Positions 44,117 to 61,251 of a DNA stretch of 64,000 nucleotides are shown piece after piece. Under the pieces are notes generated by a model, which ran no database searches, was not told where the DNA came from, and saw nothing but the letters and a program-made list of their open reading frames with translations. The translations under genes and the position numbers were made by a program. The stretch lies in the NCBI RefSeq assembly GCF_053078305.1, contig NZ_CP166879.1; one strand, given 5' to 3'. Each line of letters opens with the position of its first letter. The stretch's first letter is position 1.

Positions 44117-45469
44117 TTACTGTCCGGCGATTTTCATCTCCGGCAACAGCACAGAACCACACTGTATATTACTGCGTGTTTCAATATCGTTACCGACGGT
44201 GACAATATTGCGCCACATATCTTTTAAATTACCTGCGATGGTGATTTCGCTAACCGGATACTGAATTTCGCCGTTTTCTACCCAGAAGCCCGCCGCACCA
44301 CGGGAATAATCACCGGTAATTGCACTCACGCCCTGGCCCATCAATTCCGTCACCACCAGCCCGGTGCCCATCTCTTTGAGCATCTGCTCGAAGCTTAGAC
44401 CTTGTCCGGCAATCCGCCAGTTGTGAATACCGCCCGCATGTCCGGTGCTTTTCAGCCCCAGTTTTCGCGCCGAATAGCTGGTCAGCAGCCACTGAGTCAG
44501 GATGCCATCTTTAATAATATCGCGACGCTCGGTGCGCACACCTTCGCTGTCGAATGGCGTCGACGCCAGCCCTTTCAGCAGATGCGGATGCTCTTCAATG
44601 GTCAGCCAGTCCGGCAGAATTTGTTTACCCAGCGAATCCAGCAGGAAGGTAGATTTACGGTAAACCGATCCACCCGCTATCGCCCCCACCAGATGGCCAA
44701 AAAGCCCGGTTGCCACTTCATTGGCAAAAATGACCGGCGCTTTCATGGTGGAGAGTTTACGCGGTGACAGGCGCGATAAAGTACGGCGAGCACAGTCGGC
44801 CCCAACCCACTCTGGCGTTTGCAGATCGCTCATCGCACGACCAATGGTGTAGGCGTAATCACGCTCCATATCGCCATTTTCTTCGGCAATTACACAGCTG
44901 GAGAGCGAATGACGCGTAGAGCAGTAACCCTGCAACATGCCGTGGCTGTTGCCAAAAACTTTGACACCGTAGTGGCTGTTAAAGCTGCCGCCTTCGGTAT
45001 TGGTAATACGTTTGTCCGCCTGTAATGCTGCCTGTTCTGCGCGGGCCGCCAGTTCAATGGCTTCATCCGGGGAAACTTCCGCAGGGTGGAACAAGTCGAG
45101 ATCCGGTGCGTCAAAGGCCAGCAGCTCTTTGTCTGCCACGCCGGCACAGGGATCTGGCGAGGTATAACGGGCAATATCCAGCGCCGCCTGTACAGTACGG
45201 GCAATGGCCTGCGGGCTTAAATCGGTGGATGATGCGCTACCTTTGCGGTTCTGGTGATAAACAGTGATCCCCAGCGCGCCATCGCTATTGAATTCAACAT
45301 TCTCCACTTCACCATAACGCGTGCTTACGCTAATGCCGGTGGTCTTGCTGACGGCAACTTCCGCACCGTCCGATTTGCCTGAGGCCAACTCCAGCGCAGT
45401 GGAAACTGCTTCTTCCAGAATCTTGCGCTGCGCTTCAACTTGAGAGATTACTTTCATTGCAAGTGCCAT
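44117..45469 (-). CDS. pmbA: metalloprotease PmbA (TldE)
   Basis: 450 aa, conserved position. Confidence 0.95.
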
Positions 45470-45562
45470 AATGTAGAGAGTTTCTCTGAAGTCTAACAGA
45501 GAACCGTTTTTCAGTGCGCATCTTAACTGGTAACATTAGCCTCTTTTTTTAAGGAGCCTGAG

Positions 45563-46114
45563 ATGACTAAGCAGCCCGAAGACTGGCTCGACGACGTTCC
45601 CGGTGATGACATCGAAGACGAAGACGATGAAATTATCTGGGTCAGTAAAAGTGAAATTAAACGTGATGCCGAGGAGCTAAAACGCCTTGGCGCGGAAATT
45701 GTTGATCTGGGGAAAAACGCGCTGGATAAGATCCCGTTAGATGCGGATCTGCGCGCGGCTATTGAGCTCGCCCAGCGTATTAAGATGGAAGGTCGCCGCC
45801 GCCAGTTGCAGCTCATCGGTAAGATGCTGCGCCAGCGCGATGTAGAGCCTATTCGTCAGGCGCTGGATAAGCTGAAAAACCGTCACAACCAGCAGGTGGT
45901 GCTGTTCCATAAACTGGAAAACCTGCGTGATCGTCTGATCGATCAAGGTGATGACGCCATCGCTGAGGTATTAAATCTGTGGCCCGATGCCGATCGTCAG
46001 CAACTGCGTACTCTGATCCGCAACGCGAAGAAAGAGAAAGAAGGGAATAAGCCGCCGAAATCCGCACGCCAGATTTTCCAGTATCTGCGCGAACTGGCGG
46101 AGAATGAAGGGTAA
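45563..46114 (+). CDS. yjgA: ribosome-associated protein YjgA (DUF615)
   Basis: 183 aa, highly charged. Confidence 0.92.
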
Positions 46115-46136
46115 TTTTCGTTGTTGATGTGAGTAT

Positions 46137-46250
46137 GGTTTGCCGGATGCGGTGCACCTGTAGGCCTGATAAGACGCATCAAGCGTCGCATCAGGCACTA
46201 TGCTCAAATGCCGGATGCGGCGTGAACGCCTTATCCGGCCTACGCACACT
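46137..46250. repeat. REP/BIME elements
   Basis: gccggatgcgg...gcctgataagacgc...gcgtcgcatcaggc units between yjgA and mpl. Confidence 0.8.
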
Positions 46251-46269
46251 ATATCTGGCTAAGGCCGAA

Positions 46270-47643
46270 TTACTGCGCGGCTTCCGCCTTCTTCGCCAGC
46301 CCATCCAGCAGTTTCTGATGGATCCCACCAAAACCGCCGTTGCTCATCACCAGAATATGGTCGCCAGGCTGAGCGGTTTTCACCACCATATCTGCCAGCG
46401 TATCCACATCGCCACTCCAGTGTGCAGGCTGAACGCAGGCTTCTGCCACTTCTGCCACCTGCCACGGAATATGCGCCGGTTGCAGCAGGAAGACTTCATC
46501 GGCACGACCTAATGAAGGTGCCAAATCGTCTTTGCAGATCCCCATTTTCATGGTATTCGAGCGCGGTTCCAGCACAGCAATAATGCGCGCCGTACCACCA
46601 ACTTTGCCACGCAGCGCCGCCAGCGTTGCCAGAATCGCCGTCGGGTGATGGGCAAAATCGTCATATACCGTGACGCCATTCGCTTCACCACGCAACTCCA
46701 GACGGCGACGAGCATTAATAAACGAACCCAGCGCGTTAGTGGCATCTGCCGGCGCTACACCAACATGGCGAGCCGCTGCAATCGCCATCAGGCCATTGTG
46801 CATATTATGTTCGCCTACCAGCGACCATTTCACTTCGCCCACTTTTTCGCCATCCAGCAAAACTTCCCATTCGGAAGCATCGGTGGTCAGCTTTTTCGCC
46901 TGCCAGTGACCCTGCTCACCCACCAGCTCCTGCTCGCTCCAGCAGCCCATCGCCATGGTCTGTTTCAGGTTGATGTCATTTTCCGGCCAGATAATACGGC
47001 CCTGCCCCGGAACGATACGCACCAGATGGTGGAACTGTTTCTGGATCGCTTTCAGGTCGTCAAAGATATCGGCGTGATCGAACTCAAGGTTGTTGAGGAT
47101 CAGCGTACGCGGGCAGTAATGGACAAATTTAGAGCGTTTGTCGAAGAAGGCGCAGTCGTACTCATCCGCTTCGATAACAAAGAAGTCGCTTTCGCCCAGA
47201 CGCGCCGAAACCTCAAAGTTCCCCGGCACACCGCCGATTACAAAGCCCGGTTTGTAACCACACTGTTCCAGAATCCAGGTCGCCATTCCCGCGGTGGTGG
47301 TTTTGCCGTGTGTACCGGCAACGGCCAGCACCCAGCGGTCGCGCAGCACAAAATCGTGCAGCCACTGTGGACCTGACATATAAGGGATGTTTTTTTCCAG
47401 TACCGCTTCCACACACGGATTTCCACGGGTCATGGCGTTGCCAATAATCACCAGATCCGGCTGCGGGTCGAGCTGGCTGGCATCGTACCCCTGAATCAGC
47501 TCAATGCCTTGCTTCTCAAGTAAGGTGCTCATCGGCGGATACACATTGGCGTCCGAACCCGTTACTTCATGGCCTAACTGGCGCGCCAGCATCGCCAGAC
47601 CGCCCATAAACGTGCCACAAATTCCTAAAATATGAATGCGCAT
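46270..47643 (-). CDS. mpl: UDP-N-acetylmuramate:L-alanyl-gamma-D-glutamyl-meso-diaminopimelate ligase
   Basis: 457 aa Mur-ligase family. Confidence 0.95.
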
Positions 47644-47818
47644 ACGTCACTATCCTTTTTTAATCTGCCGCTCATTTTACGCATATGTCGGGCAAGTGAG
47701 AAACGCATTTCAGGATAATCCGCAATTTGCTGGCGCGATTCACCTGAGCGCAACATTGAGATTATTTGTTAAGATTGTTGCGGTCGCTTTACTCCATAAA
47801 CATTGCAGGGAAAGTTTT

Positions 47819-48817
47819 ATGAAAACGTTAGGTGAATTTATTGTCGAAAAGCAGCACGAGTTTTCTCATGCTACCGGTGAGCTCACTGCTTTGCTGTCGG
47901 CAATAAAACTGGGCGCCAAGATTATCCATCGCGATATCAACAAAGCAGGACTGGTTGATATCCTGGGTGCCAGCGGTGCTGAGAACGTGCAGGGCGAGGT
48001 TCAGCAGAAACTCGACTTGTTCGCTAATGAAAAACTGAAAGCCGCACTGAAAGCACGCGATATCGTTGCGGGCATTGCCTCTGAAGAAGAAGATGAGATT
48101 GTCGTCTTTGAAGGCTGTGAACACGCAAAATACGTGGTGCTGATGGACCCACTGGATGGCTCGTCCAACATCGATGTTAACGTCTCTGTCGGTACCATTT
48201 TCTCCATCTACCGCCGCGTTACGCCTGTTGGCACGCCGGTAACGGAAGAAGATTTCCTCCAGCCTGGTAACAAACAGGTTGCGGCAGGTTACGTGGTATA
48301 CGGCTCCTCTACCATGCTGGTTTACACCACCGGATGCGGTGTTCACGCCTTTACTTACGATCCTTCGCTCGGCGTTTTCTGCCTGTGCCAGGAACGGATG
48401 CGCTTCCCGGAGAAAGGCAAAACCTACTCCATCAACGAAGGAAACTACATTAAGTTTCCGAACGGGGTGAAGAAGTACATTAAATTCTGCCAGGAAGAAG
48501 ATAAGTCCACCAACCGCCCTTATACCTCACGTTATATCGGTTCACTGGTCGCGGATTTCCACCGTAACCTACTGAAAGGCGGTATTTATCTCTACCCAAG
48601 CACCGCCAGCCACCCGGACGGCAAACTGCGTTTGCTGTATGAGTGCAACCCGATGGCATTCCTGGCGGAACAAGCGGGCGGTAAAGCGAGCGATGGCAAA
48701 GAGCGTATTCTGGATATTATCCCGGAAACCCTGCACCAGCGCCGTTCGTTCTTTGTCGGCAACGACCATATGGTTGAAGATGTCGAACGCTTTATCCGTG
48801 AGTTCCCGGACGCGTAA
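47819..48817 (+). CDS. fbp: fructose-1,6-bisphosphatase class 1
   Basis: 332 aa from [12 protein letters not shown]; track ORF has a 61-codon upstream extension. Confidence 0.96.
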
Positions 48818-48825
48818 TCTCCTGC

Positions 48826-48852
48826 GCCTCTCCACACGGAGAGGCGTTTTTA
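48826..48852 (+). terminator. rho-independent terminator after fbp
   Basis: gcctctcc-acac-ggagaggc hairpin followed by a T-run. Confidence 0.75.
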
Positions 48853-49845
48853 TCGCTGCGCAATGTTGACTCTTGTCACTGGCGAACTCTGACGATTCTC
48901 CCACAGCACCGTTAATCCACGCTGTAATGCTATAAAAATAAACAACAAAATACCGATGGCGATTTTCGTCCACCATGAGCTCAGCGTGCCATCAAAGTTT
49001 ATGTAAGTCTGAATCAGTCCCTGAATCGCCACGCCAAAAAGCGTCCCTAATACCGTTCCAACGCCACCGCTCAAAAGCGTACCGCCAATCACCACTGAGG
49101 CGATAGCGTCCAGTTCCACACCTACGCCCGCCAGCGCATATCCGGCCTGGGTATAAATCGAGAAGACAATCCCCGCCAGCGTTGCCAGTCCGGTGGAGAG
49201 CATATAAATGCGAATAGTAGTGCTACGGGTAGAAATCCCCATCAGGTTTGCCGACGTCGCATTGCCGCCAATGGCGTATACCTGATTACCAAAACGGGTA
49301 CGATGCGCGAGGAATATGCCGATAACCACCACCGCCAGCATCAGCAGCCCCATCGCACTTAAGCGACCGCCGCCAGGGATTTTCCATGCAAGGCTTGAGA
49401 GCGTGTCATAAACAGGATGGTTTATCGGGATCGACTCTTCCGAAACGAGGTAGCTGACGCCGCGCAAAAAGAACATCCCCGCCAGGGTAATGATAAATGC
49501 CGGGATCTTCAGGGCGTCGATCAAAAGCCCCATAAATGCGCCAAAGGCACAGCCCATTACCAGCACCAGCGGAAACGCCAGCAGCGGTGAGAGACCGAAA
49601 TCTCCAATCACTTTTGCCAGAAACACGCCGGTAAAGGCGATCACCGAACCGACGGAGAGATCGATCCCACCGGAGAGGATCACAAAGGTCATGCCAACGG
49701 CAATGATCCCCAGAAAGGCGTTATCGGTCAGGATATTGCAGATCACTCTTGTGGAAGCAAAACCGGGAAACTGGGTCAGGCAGTAAAGATAACCCAACAC
49801 AAAGACGCCGATGGTGATCATCAGTGGCAAATTACGTTTTATCAC
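48850..49845 (-). CDS. yjfF: ABC transporter permease (galactofuranose system)
   Basis: 331-aa polytopic membrane protein. Confidence 0.92.
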   Translation of the reverse strand: MIKRNLPLMITIGVFVLGYLYCLTQFPGFASTRVICNILTDNAFLGIIAVGMTFVILSGGIDLSVGSVIAFTGVFLAKVIGDFGLSPLLAFPLVLVMGCAFGAFMGLLIDALKIPAFIITLAGMFFLRGVSYLVSEESIPINHPVYDTLSSLAWKIPGGGRLSAMGLLMLAVVVIGIFLAHRTRFGNQVYAIGGNATSANLMGISTRSTTIRIYMLSTGLATLAGIVFSIYTQAGYALAGVGVELDAIASVVIGGTLLSGGVGTVLGTLFGVAIQGLIQTYINFDGTLSSWWTKIAIGILLFIFIALQRGLTVLWENRQSSPVTRVNIAQR

Positions 49846-50878
49846 GGCTACGTACTCCTTTAATCAGACTGATAAAGCGTTGCGACTGGACAATCAGCAC
49901 GCAAAGAACCACCACCGCTTTTACAACCTGGTTCATCTCTGGCGGAAAGCCCGAAAGCAAAATTCCGGTGTTCATCCCCTGAATAATCAGCGCCCCCACC
50001 ACCGAAAGTAGCAGGTTAAAGCGCCCGCCCATCAGCGATCCGCCGCCAATCACCACCGCGAGAATGGCGTCCAGCTCCAGCCATAACCCGGCGTTATTGG
50101 CATCGGCACCGCGAATATCCGCCGCCACGATAATGCCCGCAATCGCCGCACACAGCCCGCTCAACACGTAGGTAAGCATGACGATGATCCGCGTGTTTAC
50201 CCCGGCATTTTTTGCCGCCCGAATGTTGATACCAACGGCTTCGATAAACATCCCCAGCGCCGTTTTGCGGGTCAACAGCCAGAACAGGATAAGCGTCAGC
50301 ACCGCGATAATGACCGGCGTTGGCAGGAACAACAGCGATCCACTGCCGAACCATGAGAGATCCGGCGAGTTAAACGTGACGATCTGCCCGGCGGTGATCA
50401 GTTGCGCCACGCCGCGCCCGGCGACCATCAGGATCAGAGTGGCGACAAACGGCTGAATTTTGAGGATCGCTACCAGTATGCCGTTCCACAATCCCGCCAG
50501 GATGCCGGTGCCCAGGGCGCTTAACAAAACAATCGGCAGGCTGAATCCCGCGACCGTCATCGCAGCCGTTGTGGCTCCGGCGATAGCCATCACCGCCCCT
50601 ACGGAGAGATCAATCCCACCGGTGGCGATCACCAGCGTCATGCCAATCGCCAGTAACGCAACGGGAGCTGCACGGTTAAGAATGTCTATGGGGCTACCGA
50701 ACAAACGCCCATCCTGAAGCACCACCTGCCAGAAATGCGGGGCTACCAGGCTATCGACCAGCAGCACCAGCAATAGTGCTACCAGCTGCGGCATCCCCGT
50801 CGGCCAGCGAAAGCGCCTTTTTGGCGTAGTGGTGTCCGGAAGAGATTGAGGCATCACACTGTTCTCCTTACGCCGCAA
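49832..50878 (-). CDS. ytfT: ABC transporter permease (galactofuranose system)
   Basis: Membrane protein overlapping neighbours; true start probably a few codons inside the 348-aa track ORF. Confidence 0.9.
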   Translation of the reverse strand: MRRKENSVMPQSLPDTTTPKRRFRWPTGMPQLVALLLVLLVDSLVAPHFWQVVLQDGRLFGSPIDILNRAAPVALLAIGMTLVIATGGIDLSVGAVMAIAGATTAAMTVAGFSLPIVLLSALGTGILAGLWNGILVAILKIQPFVATLILMVAGRGVAQLITAGQIVTFNSPDLSWFGSGSLLFLPTPVIIAVLTLILFWLLTRKTALGMFIEAVGINIRAAKNAGVNTRIIVMLTYVLSGLCAAIAGIIVAADIRGADANNAGLWLELDAILAVVIGGGSLMGGRFNLLLSVVGALIIQGMNTGILLSGFPPEMNQVVKAVVVLCVLIVQSQRFISLIKGVRSRDKT

Positions 50879-52370
50879 TGGCGTTCATGATCGCCGGAAC
50901 GGAAAGCTCTGCCAGCGGGATCTCCGCCACCTGTTTGCGATCGCGCATGATAATCACCCGATCGGCATAGCCCACCAGCTCTTCCAGTTCGGAGGAGATC
51001 ACCAGCAGCGCCAGACCATCGGCGCATAGCGTTTCAATCAGGCGGATGATCTCGGCGTGGGCACCAACATCAATGCCGCGGGTTGGCTCATCGAGGATCA
51101 GAAATTGCGGTCGGGTCAGTAGCCAACGTGAAAGCAACACTTTTTGCTGATTGCCGCCGGAGAGAAATTCAATCGGTTGTTCAGTTGAAGGTGTGCGAAT
51201 GCCAAGCTGGCGGATAAAGCGTTCGGCAATCTCTTGCTGTTCTTTGCGGGAAATGGGACGTAGCCAGCCGCGCTGGGCCTGGAGAGCGAGGATGATATTT
51301 TCCCGCACCGAGGCGGCAGCGATGATGCCATCGGTTTTCCTGTCTTCCGGGCAGAAGCCAATGCCCAGTACCGAAGCCTGATGTGGCGATCGCAGGTTTT
51401 GCGGTTTGCCTTTGATCAACGCAGTGCCGCTGTCAGCAGGTTTGATACCGAAGATCACTTCGGCGGTTTCGGTACGTCCTGATCCCAGCAAGCCAGCCAG
51501 ACCGACGATCTCGCCGGGGCGTACTTCGAGATCAAACGGTGCGATCGTTCCTTTTTTGCCGTAATTTTTGAACGCGGCAACGGGTTTGTCGCTCAACAAT
51601 GTTCGCCCGGCACGCTGTAGCGCGTGGGTATCCAGCTCGCGCCCCAGCATCATTTTTACCAGTTCGATCTGCGGTAGCTCGCACGTTTCCCGACAGCCTA
51701 CGAAACTGCCGTTGCGTAAGACGGTGATCCGATCGCTGACCTGATAGACCTGATCGAGAAAGTGAGTGACAAAAATCAGGCTGACGCCGCGATCGCGCAA
51801 CTGACGCATCAGGTCAAACAGTAACTCCACTTCCTGGGTGTCGAGACTGGCGGTGGGTTCATCGAGGATCAGCACTTTGGCAGAGAGATCGATAGCCCGG
51901 CAAATAGCGACTATTTGCTGCATCGCGACTGAAAAGCGGTTGAGCGGTTCGCGCACGTCGAGGGAGAAACCGTAAGATGCCATCAGTTCGGTGGCGCGCT
52001 TTTCCATCTCTTTGCGGCGTAGAAGGCCGAAGCGTTTGGGTTCGCGGCCTATAAATAGATTATCAGCGACCGACATATTGGGTAGCAGGTTGACTTCCTG
52101 ATAGACGGTGCCAATGCCGAGTTGTTGCGCGTGGGCGGTATTTTTCGGTGAGATAGCCTGGCCTTCCAGCCAGATGGTGCCGCGATCGGCATGGTAAACG
52201 CCGGTAAGTGCTTTGATTAGCGTTGATTTTCCCGCTCCGTTTTCACCGAGCAGCGCCATGATTTCGCCACGGCGCAGGCTGAAATCAACGTTGTCTAACG
52301 CTTTAACGCCGGGGAAAAATTTACTTAATCCTTCGGTGCGGAGGATTTCCTGGTGTTGGTCGTTCGTCAT
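50868..52370 (-). CDS. ytfR: ABC transporter ATP-binding protein, duplicated ATPase domains
   Basis: 500 aa with two Walker A motifs (GENGAGKST and GLLGSGRTE). Confidence 0.94.
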   Translation of the reverse strand: MTNDQHQEILRTEGLSKFFPGVKALDNVDFSLRRGEIMALLGENGAGKSTLIKALTGVYHADRGTIWLEGQAISPKNTAHAQQLGIGTVYQEVNLLPNMSVADNLFIGREPKRFGLLRRKEMEKRATELMASYGFSLDVREPLNRFSVAMQQIVAICRAIDLSAKVLILDEPTASLDTQEVELLFDLMRQLRDRGVSLIFVTHFLDQVYQVSDRITVLRNGSFVGCRETCELPQIELVKMMLGRELDTHALQRAGRTLLSDKPVAAFKNYGKKGTIAPFDLEVRPGEIVGLAGLLGSGRTETAEVIFGIKPADSGTALIKGKPQNLRSPHQASVLGIGFCPEDRKTDGIIAAASVRENIILALQAQRGWLRPISRKEQQEIAERFIRQLGIRTPSTEQPIEFLSGGNQQKVLLSRWLLTRPQFLILDEPTRGIDVGAHAEIIRLIETLCADGLALLVISSELEELVGYADRVIIMRDRKQVAEIPLAELSVPAIMNAIAA

Positions 52371-52389
52371 GGTTTCCCCCGGTGTAAAG

Positions 52390-52505
52390 CGTGCTCCCAG
52401 TAGGCATGATAAGACGCGGTAAGCGTCGCATCAGGCTTCAGTGCACCATCGCCGGATGCGGCGCGAGCGCCTTATCCGGCCTACGAATCGGCATCAGGCA
52501 TAGCA
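52390..52505. repeat. REP/BIME elements
   Basis: gcatgataagacgcggtaagcgtcgcatcaggc and gccggatgcggcgcgagcgccttatccggcctac units. Confidence 0.8.
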
Positions 52506-52509
52506 ACCC

Positions 52510-53466
52510 TCAATACCCCATATTTTTCTTCTTCTCTAACTCTTCTTTTGCGGTATCAGGCAGGTAAAGGGTGGATTTGGTTAACGTCAGCTTTTCAGGC
52601 ATGGTGCCGTCTTTTTTGTATTTCTCCAGCGCGTCGAAGGCGGGACCTGCCATATTCGGCGTCAGTTCAACACTGGCGTTCGCTTCGCCATCCATCATCG
52701 CTTTGTAGATGTCCGGTACACCGTCAATGGAACCCGTGAGGATATCTTTGCCCGGTTTCAGGCCCGCTTCTTTAATTGCCTGAATTGCACCAATCACCAT
52801 GTCGTCGTTATGGGCGTAAACCATGCAGATGTTTTTGCCGTTGTTTTCCGCTTTGATAAAGCTCTCCATGACTTCTTTGCCTTTACTGCGGGTGAAGTCA
52901 CCTGACTGCGAGCGGATGATTTTGATATTTGGCGCATTCTTAATGGCTTCGGCAAAGCCTTTCTTACGGTCAATGGCGACGCTGGCCCCAACGGTGCCCT
53001 GCAGCTCCACCACGTTGCATGGTTTGCCATTCACTTCTTTTACCAGCCAGTCACCGATCAACTTGCCTTCGAGGATGTTGTCGGCAGTAACGGTGGTCAT
53101 ATAGAGAGATTTGTCTTTCACATCGATGGAACGGTCGAGCAAGAAGACCGGGATTTCGGCATCTTTCGCCTCTTTTAATACCGGTTCCCAACCTGTCGCG
53201 ACCACCGGAGCGATAAAGATCGCATCCACCCCTTGTGCAACGAAGGAACGTACCGCTTTAATCTGGTTTTCCTGCTTTTGCTGACCATCGGCAATTTTCA
53301 GCGTAATTCCGCGTTTTTCGGCCTCACTTTTCGCCACATTGGTTTCTGCGGCGCGCCAGCCGGATTCCGATCCGACCTGCGAAAATCCTACGGTTAATGG
53401 AGCGGCCAACGCCATAGACGACATGGCTGCCGAGACTGCAGAGACTACAAGTAAGCGTTTCCACAT
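52510..53466 (-). CDS. ytfQ: periplasmic galactofuranose-binding protein
   Basis: 318 aa with signal peptide. Confidence 0.94.
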   Translation of the reverse strand: MWKRLLVVSAVSAAMSSMALAAPLTVGFSQVGSESGWRAAETNVAKSEAEKRGITLKIADGQQKQENQIKAVRSFVAQGVDAIFIAPVVATGWEPVLKEAKDAEIPVFLLDRSIDVKDKSLYMTTVTADNILEGKLIGDWLVKEVNGKPCNVVELQGTVGASVAIDRKKGFAEAIKNAPNIKIIRSQSGDFTRSKGKEVMESFIKAENNGKNICMVYAHNDDMVIGAIQAIKEAGLKPGKDILTGSIDGVPDIYKAMMDGEANASVELTPNMAGPAFDALEKYKKDGTMPEKLTLTKSTLYLPDTAKEELEKKKNMGY

Positions 53467-53775
53467 AGGGTTGTCCTCGTCGGAGTAATTATTATTGGTG
53501 AAAAGATGTTCGCGAAAAAACTATAGACAATTCGTTATGTAACGGATTGCGTTACATCACACTTCAAAAAAGTAAATAAAACGTTAATCACAAGTTTGTA
53601 ATCGCTTTCATCTCACTATGAAAAATGCGGCTACGGTTATGGATTTTCCTGCTCTGCATACCGTCTTAAAACTGGCGAAAAAGGAAAATGAAGACGAAAA
53701 CAAGCGAAGACATTCGGCGCGAGTTGGCTATAATACTCGGCACTTGTTTGCCACATATTTTTAAAGGAAACAGAC

Positions 53776-54306
53776 ATGAGCTTACTCAACGTCCCTGCGG
53801 GTAAAGATCTGCCGGAAGACATCTACGTTGTTATTGAGATCCCGGCTAACGCAGATCCGATCAAATACGAAATCGACAAAGAGAGCGGCGCACTGTTCGT
53901 TGACCGCTTCATGTCCACCGCGATGTTCTATCCGTGCAACTACGGTTACATCAACCACACCCTGTCTCTGGACGGTGACCCGGTTGACGTACTGGTCCCG
54001 ACTCCGTACCCGCTGCAGCCGGGTTCTGTGATCCGTTGCCGTCCGGTTGGCGTTCTGAAAATGACCGACGAAGCCGGTGAAGATGCGAAACTGATTGCTG
54101 TTCCGCACAGCAAGCTGAGCAAAGAATACGATCACATTAAAGACGTTAACGATCTGCCAGAGCTGCTGAAAGCGCAGATCGCTCACTTCTTCGAGCACTA
54201 CAAAGACCTCGAAAAAGGCAAGTGGGTGAAAGTTGAAGGTTGGGAAAACGCAGAAGCCGCTAAAGCTGAAATCGTTGCCTCCTTCGAGCGCGCCAAGAAT
54301 AAATAA
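53776..54306 (+). CDS. ppa: inorganic pyrophosphatase
   Basis: 176 aa. Confidence 0.97.
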   Translation: MSLLNVPAGKDLPEDIYVVIEIPANADPIKYEIDKESGALFVDRFMSTAMFYPCNYGYINHTLSLDGDPVDVLVPTPYPLQPGSVIRCRPVGVLKMTDEAGEDAKLIAVPHSKLSKEYDHIKDVNDLPELLKAQIAHFFEHYKDLEKGKWVKVEGWENAEAAKAEIVASFERAKNK

Positions 54307-54322
54307 GTTCTTCTGGCGCAAT

Positions 54323-54362
54323 AACCCTGAACGCCGGGCTTCGGTTAGTAAGGGTTTTTTTA
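54323..54362 (+). terminator. rho-independent terminator after ppa
   Basis: aaccct...agggtt stem followed by a 7-T run. Confidence 0.75.
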
Positions 54363-54385
54363 TGCCCGCGATAAATAAACACACC

Positions 54386-54736
54386 TTATTCCACCACCGC
54401 CTGCAAGCGTAATAACGCCTCTTCCACCACCTCATCCGCAGCCAGACCAATACGCTTTGCCAGCCGGGCGCGTAGATCCATCATCCGCACCTGATTAACC
54501 AGCACCACGCCGTGCACATCGCCTTCTTCGCAATGTAAAGGAACGCTAAATCCGGCATAACGGGCAAAATTTCCACCCTGCGTAATGGGGGCCACCAGCG
54601 TCATTCCCAGTTGATTAAAGGCTTGAACGGAGAGCACAAGCGCAGGTCGACCAGCACCTTGCTGTTCATGGCTGCTTGCTGGATCAAAGCCAACCAGCAC
54701 AATGTCTCCCCGTTCAAATTCACTTTTCTTTACCAT
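54386..54736 (-). CDS. chpB: MazF-family endoribonuclease toxin
   Basis: 116 aa; start overlaps chpS stop. Confidence 0.93.
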   Translation of the reverse strand: MVKKSEFERGDIVLVGFDPASSHEQQGAGRPALVLSVQAFNQLGMTLVAPITQGGNFARYAGFSVPLHCEEGDVHGVVLVNQVRMMDLRARLAKRIGLAADEVVEEALLRLQAVVE

Positions 54737-54981
54737 ATTTCGTCACCCGCAGGGGTGGATTTACCCCAGACATCCTGCTCGCTAAGTTCCGCGGCGTTCA
54801 TGTCACACTGTGCCAGCAGTTCATCAAGCGAGTAGCGCCTGGAGATGGGTGTCAGAATCAGTTGGTTGTTGCTCACCTGCGCTTCCACGCTCTGCCCCGG
54901 CTGTAAGTTAAGTTCTTTCATTACGATATTGGGAATGACCATACCTGCACTGTTCCCCCATCTTTTTATGGTAATACGCAT
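54730..54981 (-). CDS. chpS: antitoxin ChpS (MazE family)
   Basis: 83 aa from MRITIKRWGNSAGMVIP; ATG at 54981 with GGAGGTG upstream. Confidence 0.92.
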   Translation of the reverse strand: MRITIKRWGNSAGMVIPNIVMKELNLQPGQSVEAQVSNNQLILTPISRRYSLDELLAQCDMNAAELSEQDVWGKSTPAGDEIW

Positions 54982-54994
54982 CTGCACCTCCTTA

Positions 54995-55013
54995 AGTTAT
55001 ACAAAGTATAACT
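54995..55013. promoter_or_regulatory. perfect 8-bp inverted repeat (AGTTATAC-aaa-GTATAACT) upstream of chpS; candidate autoregulatory operator
   Basis: Palindrome read directly about 14 bp upstream of the chpS start codon. Confidence 0.5.
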
Positions 55014-55192
55014 CACGGTGCTACAGGAAACGTTTTACCCCTGCGCATTTGTGAATGCCAGCAGAGTTTTTTATGCGTTAATAGATATGGAAAGCGGCTC
55101 GGAGAGAAAAGCAAAAGGTGAGGGAATTACAAAACAGAATGCGAGTCGTCTCGCAAAAAACAACGCCACCCGAAGGTGGCGTATGCATAGGG

Positions 55193-55534
55193 TTACTTAT
55201 CCCTGTCTAACCAGTCGCCGCTTTCAATTAGCTTTAATCCATCGACGGGTCGTTGATAAACGTACATCCATGCACTCCCGTACGGCGTCTGAATCAACTG
55301 GCGCGCGTATTCACCGCCCCTGGTGCGCAAGGCATCAAGTTCGGCCAGCGTGGCGTTGTCAATACGATAAACTTCACCGTGTACCGTTCCGTTCCCCGGA
55401 ACTGCGCCTGGATAGTGGCCCAGGCTATACAACTGGTAGTTATCGATACTGAAATCGCCCAGTAACTGGGCATTGGTCATCCAGTGACTGTTGCCTTGTT
55501 TGTGGCGTAAACTGCCGTAGACAAATATTCGCAT
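55193..55534 (-). CDS. ytfP: gamma-glutamylcyclotransferase-family protein
   Basis: 113 aa with YGSL motif. Confidence 0.9.
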   Translation of the reverse strand: MRIFVYGSLRHKQGNSHWMTNAQLLGDFSIDNYQLYSLGHYPGAVPGNGTVHGEVYRIDNATLAELDALRTRGGEYARQLIQTPYGSAWMYVYQRPVDGLKLIESGDWLDRDK

Positions 55535-55536
55535 TG

Positions 55537-61088
<5,552 letters not shown>

Positions 61089-61251
61089 TTAAACGGCTTA
61101 ACAAAAATCCAGTAATATGGATTAAAAAGCAGACTAAACCCCAAATATTTCTTATGTTTTACTTTAGACCTATTCACGGTGGTTATTGTGTGCAAATACG
61201 CCTCTTGTTACAACCTTAACCCCAATGACCGATTTTCGGGAGAGCGACACC

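Noticed and set aside
47636-47818. Upstream 61-codon extension of the fbp ORF
   Set aside because: It overlaps the divergent mpl start and promoter region; Fbp begins at MKTLGEF.
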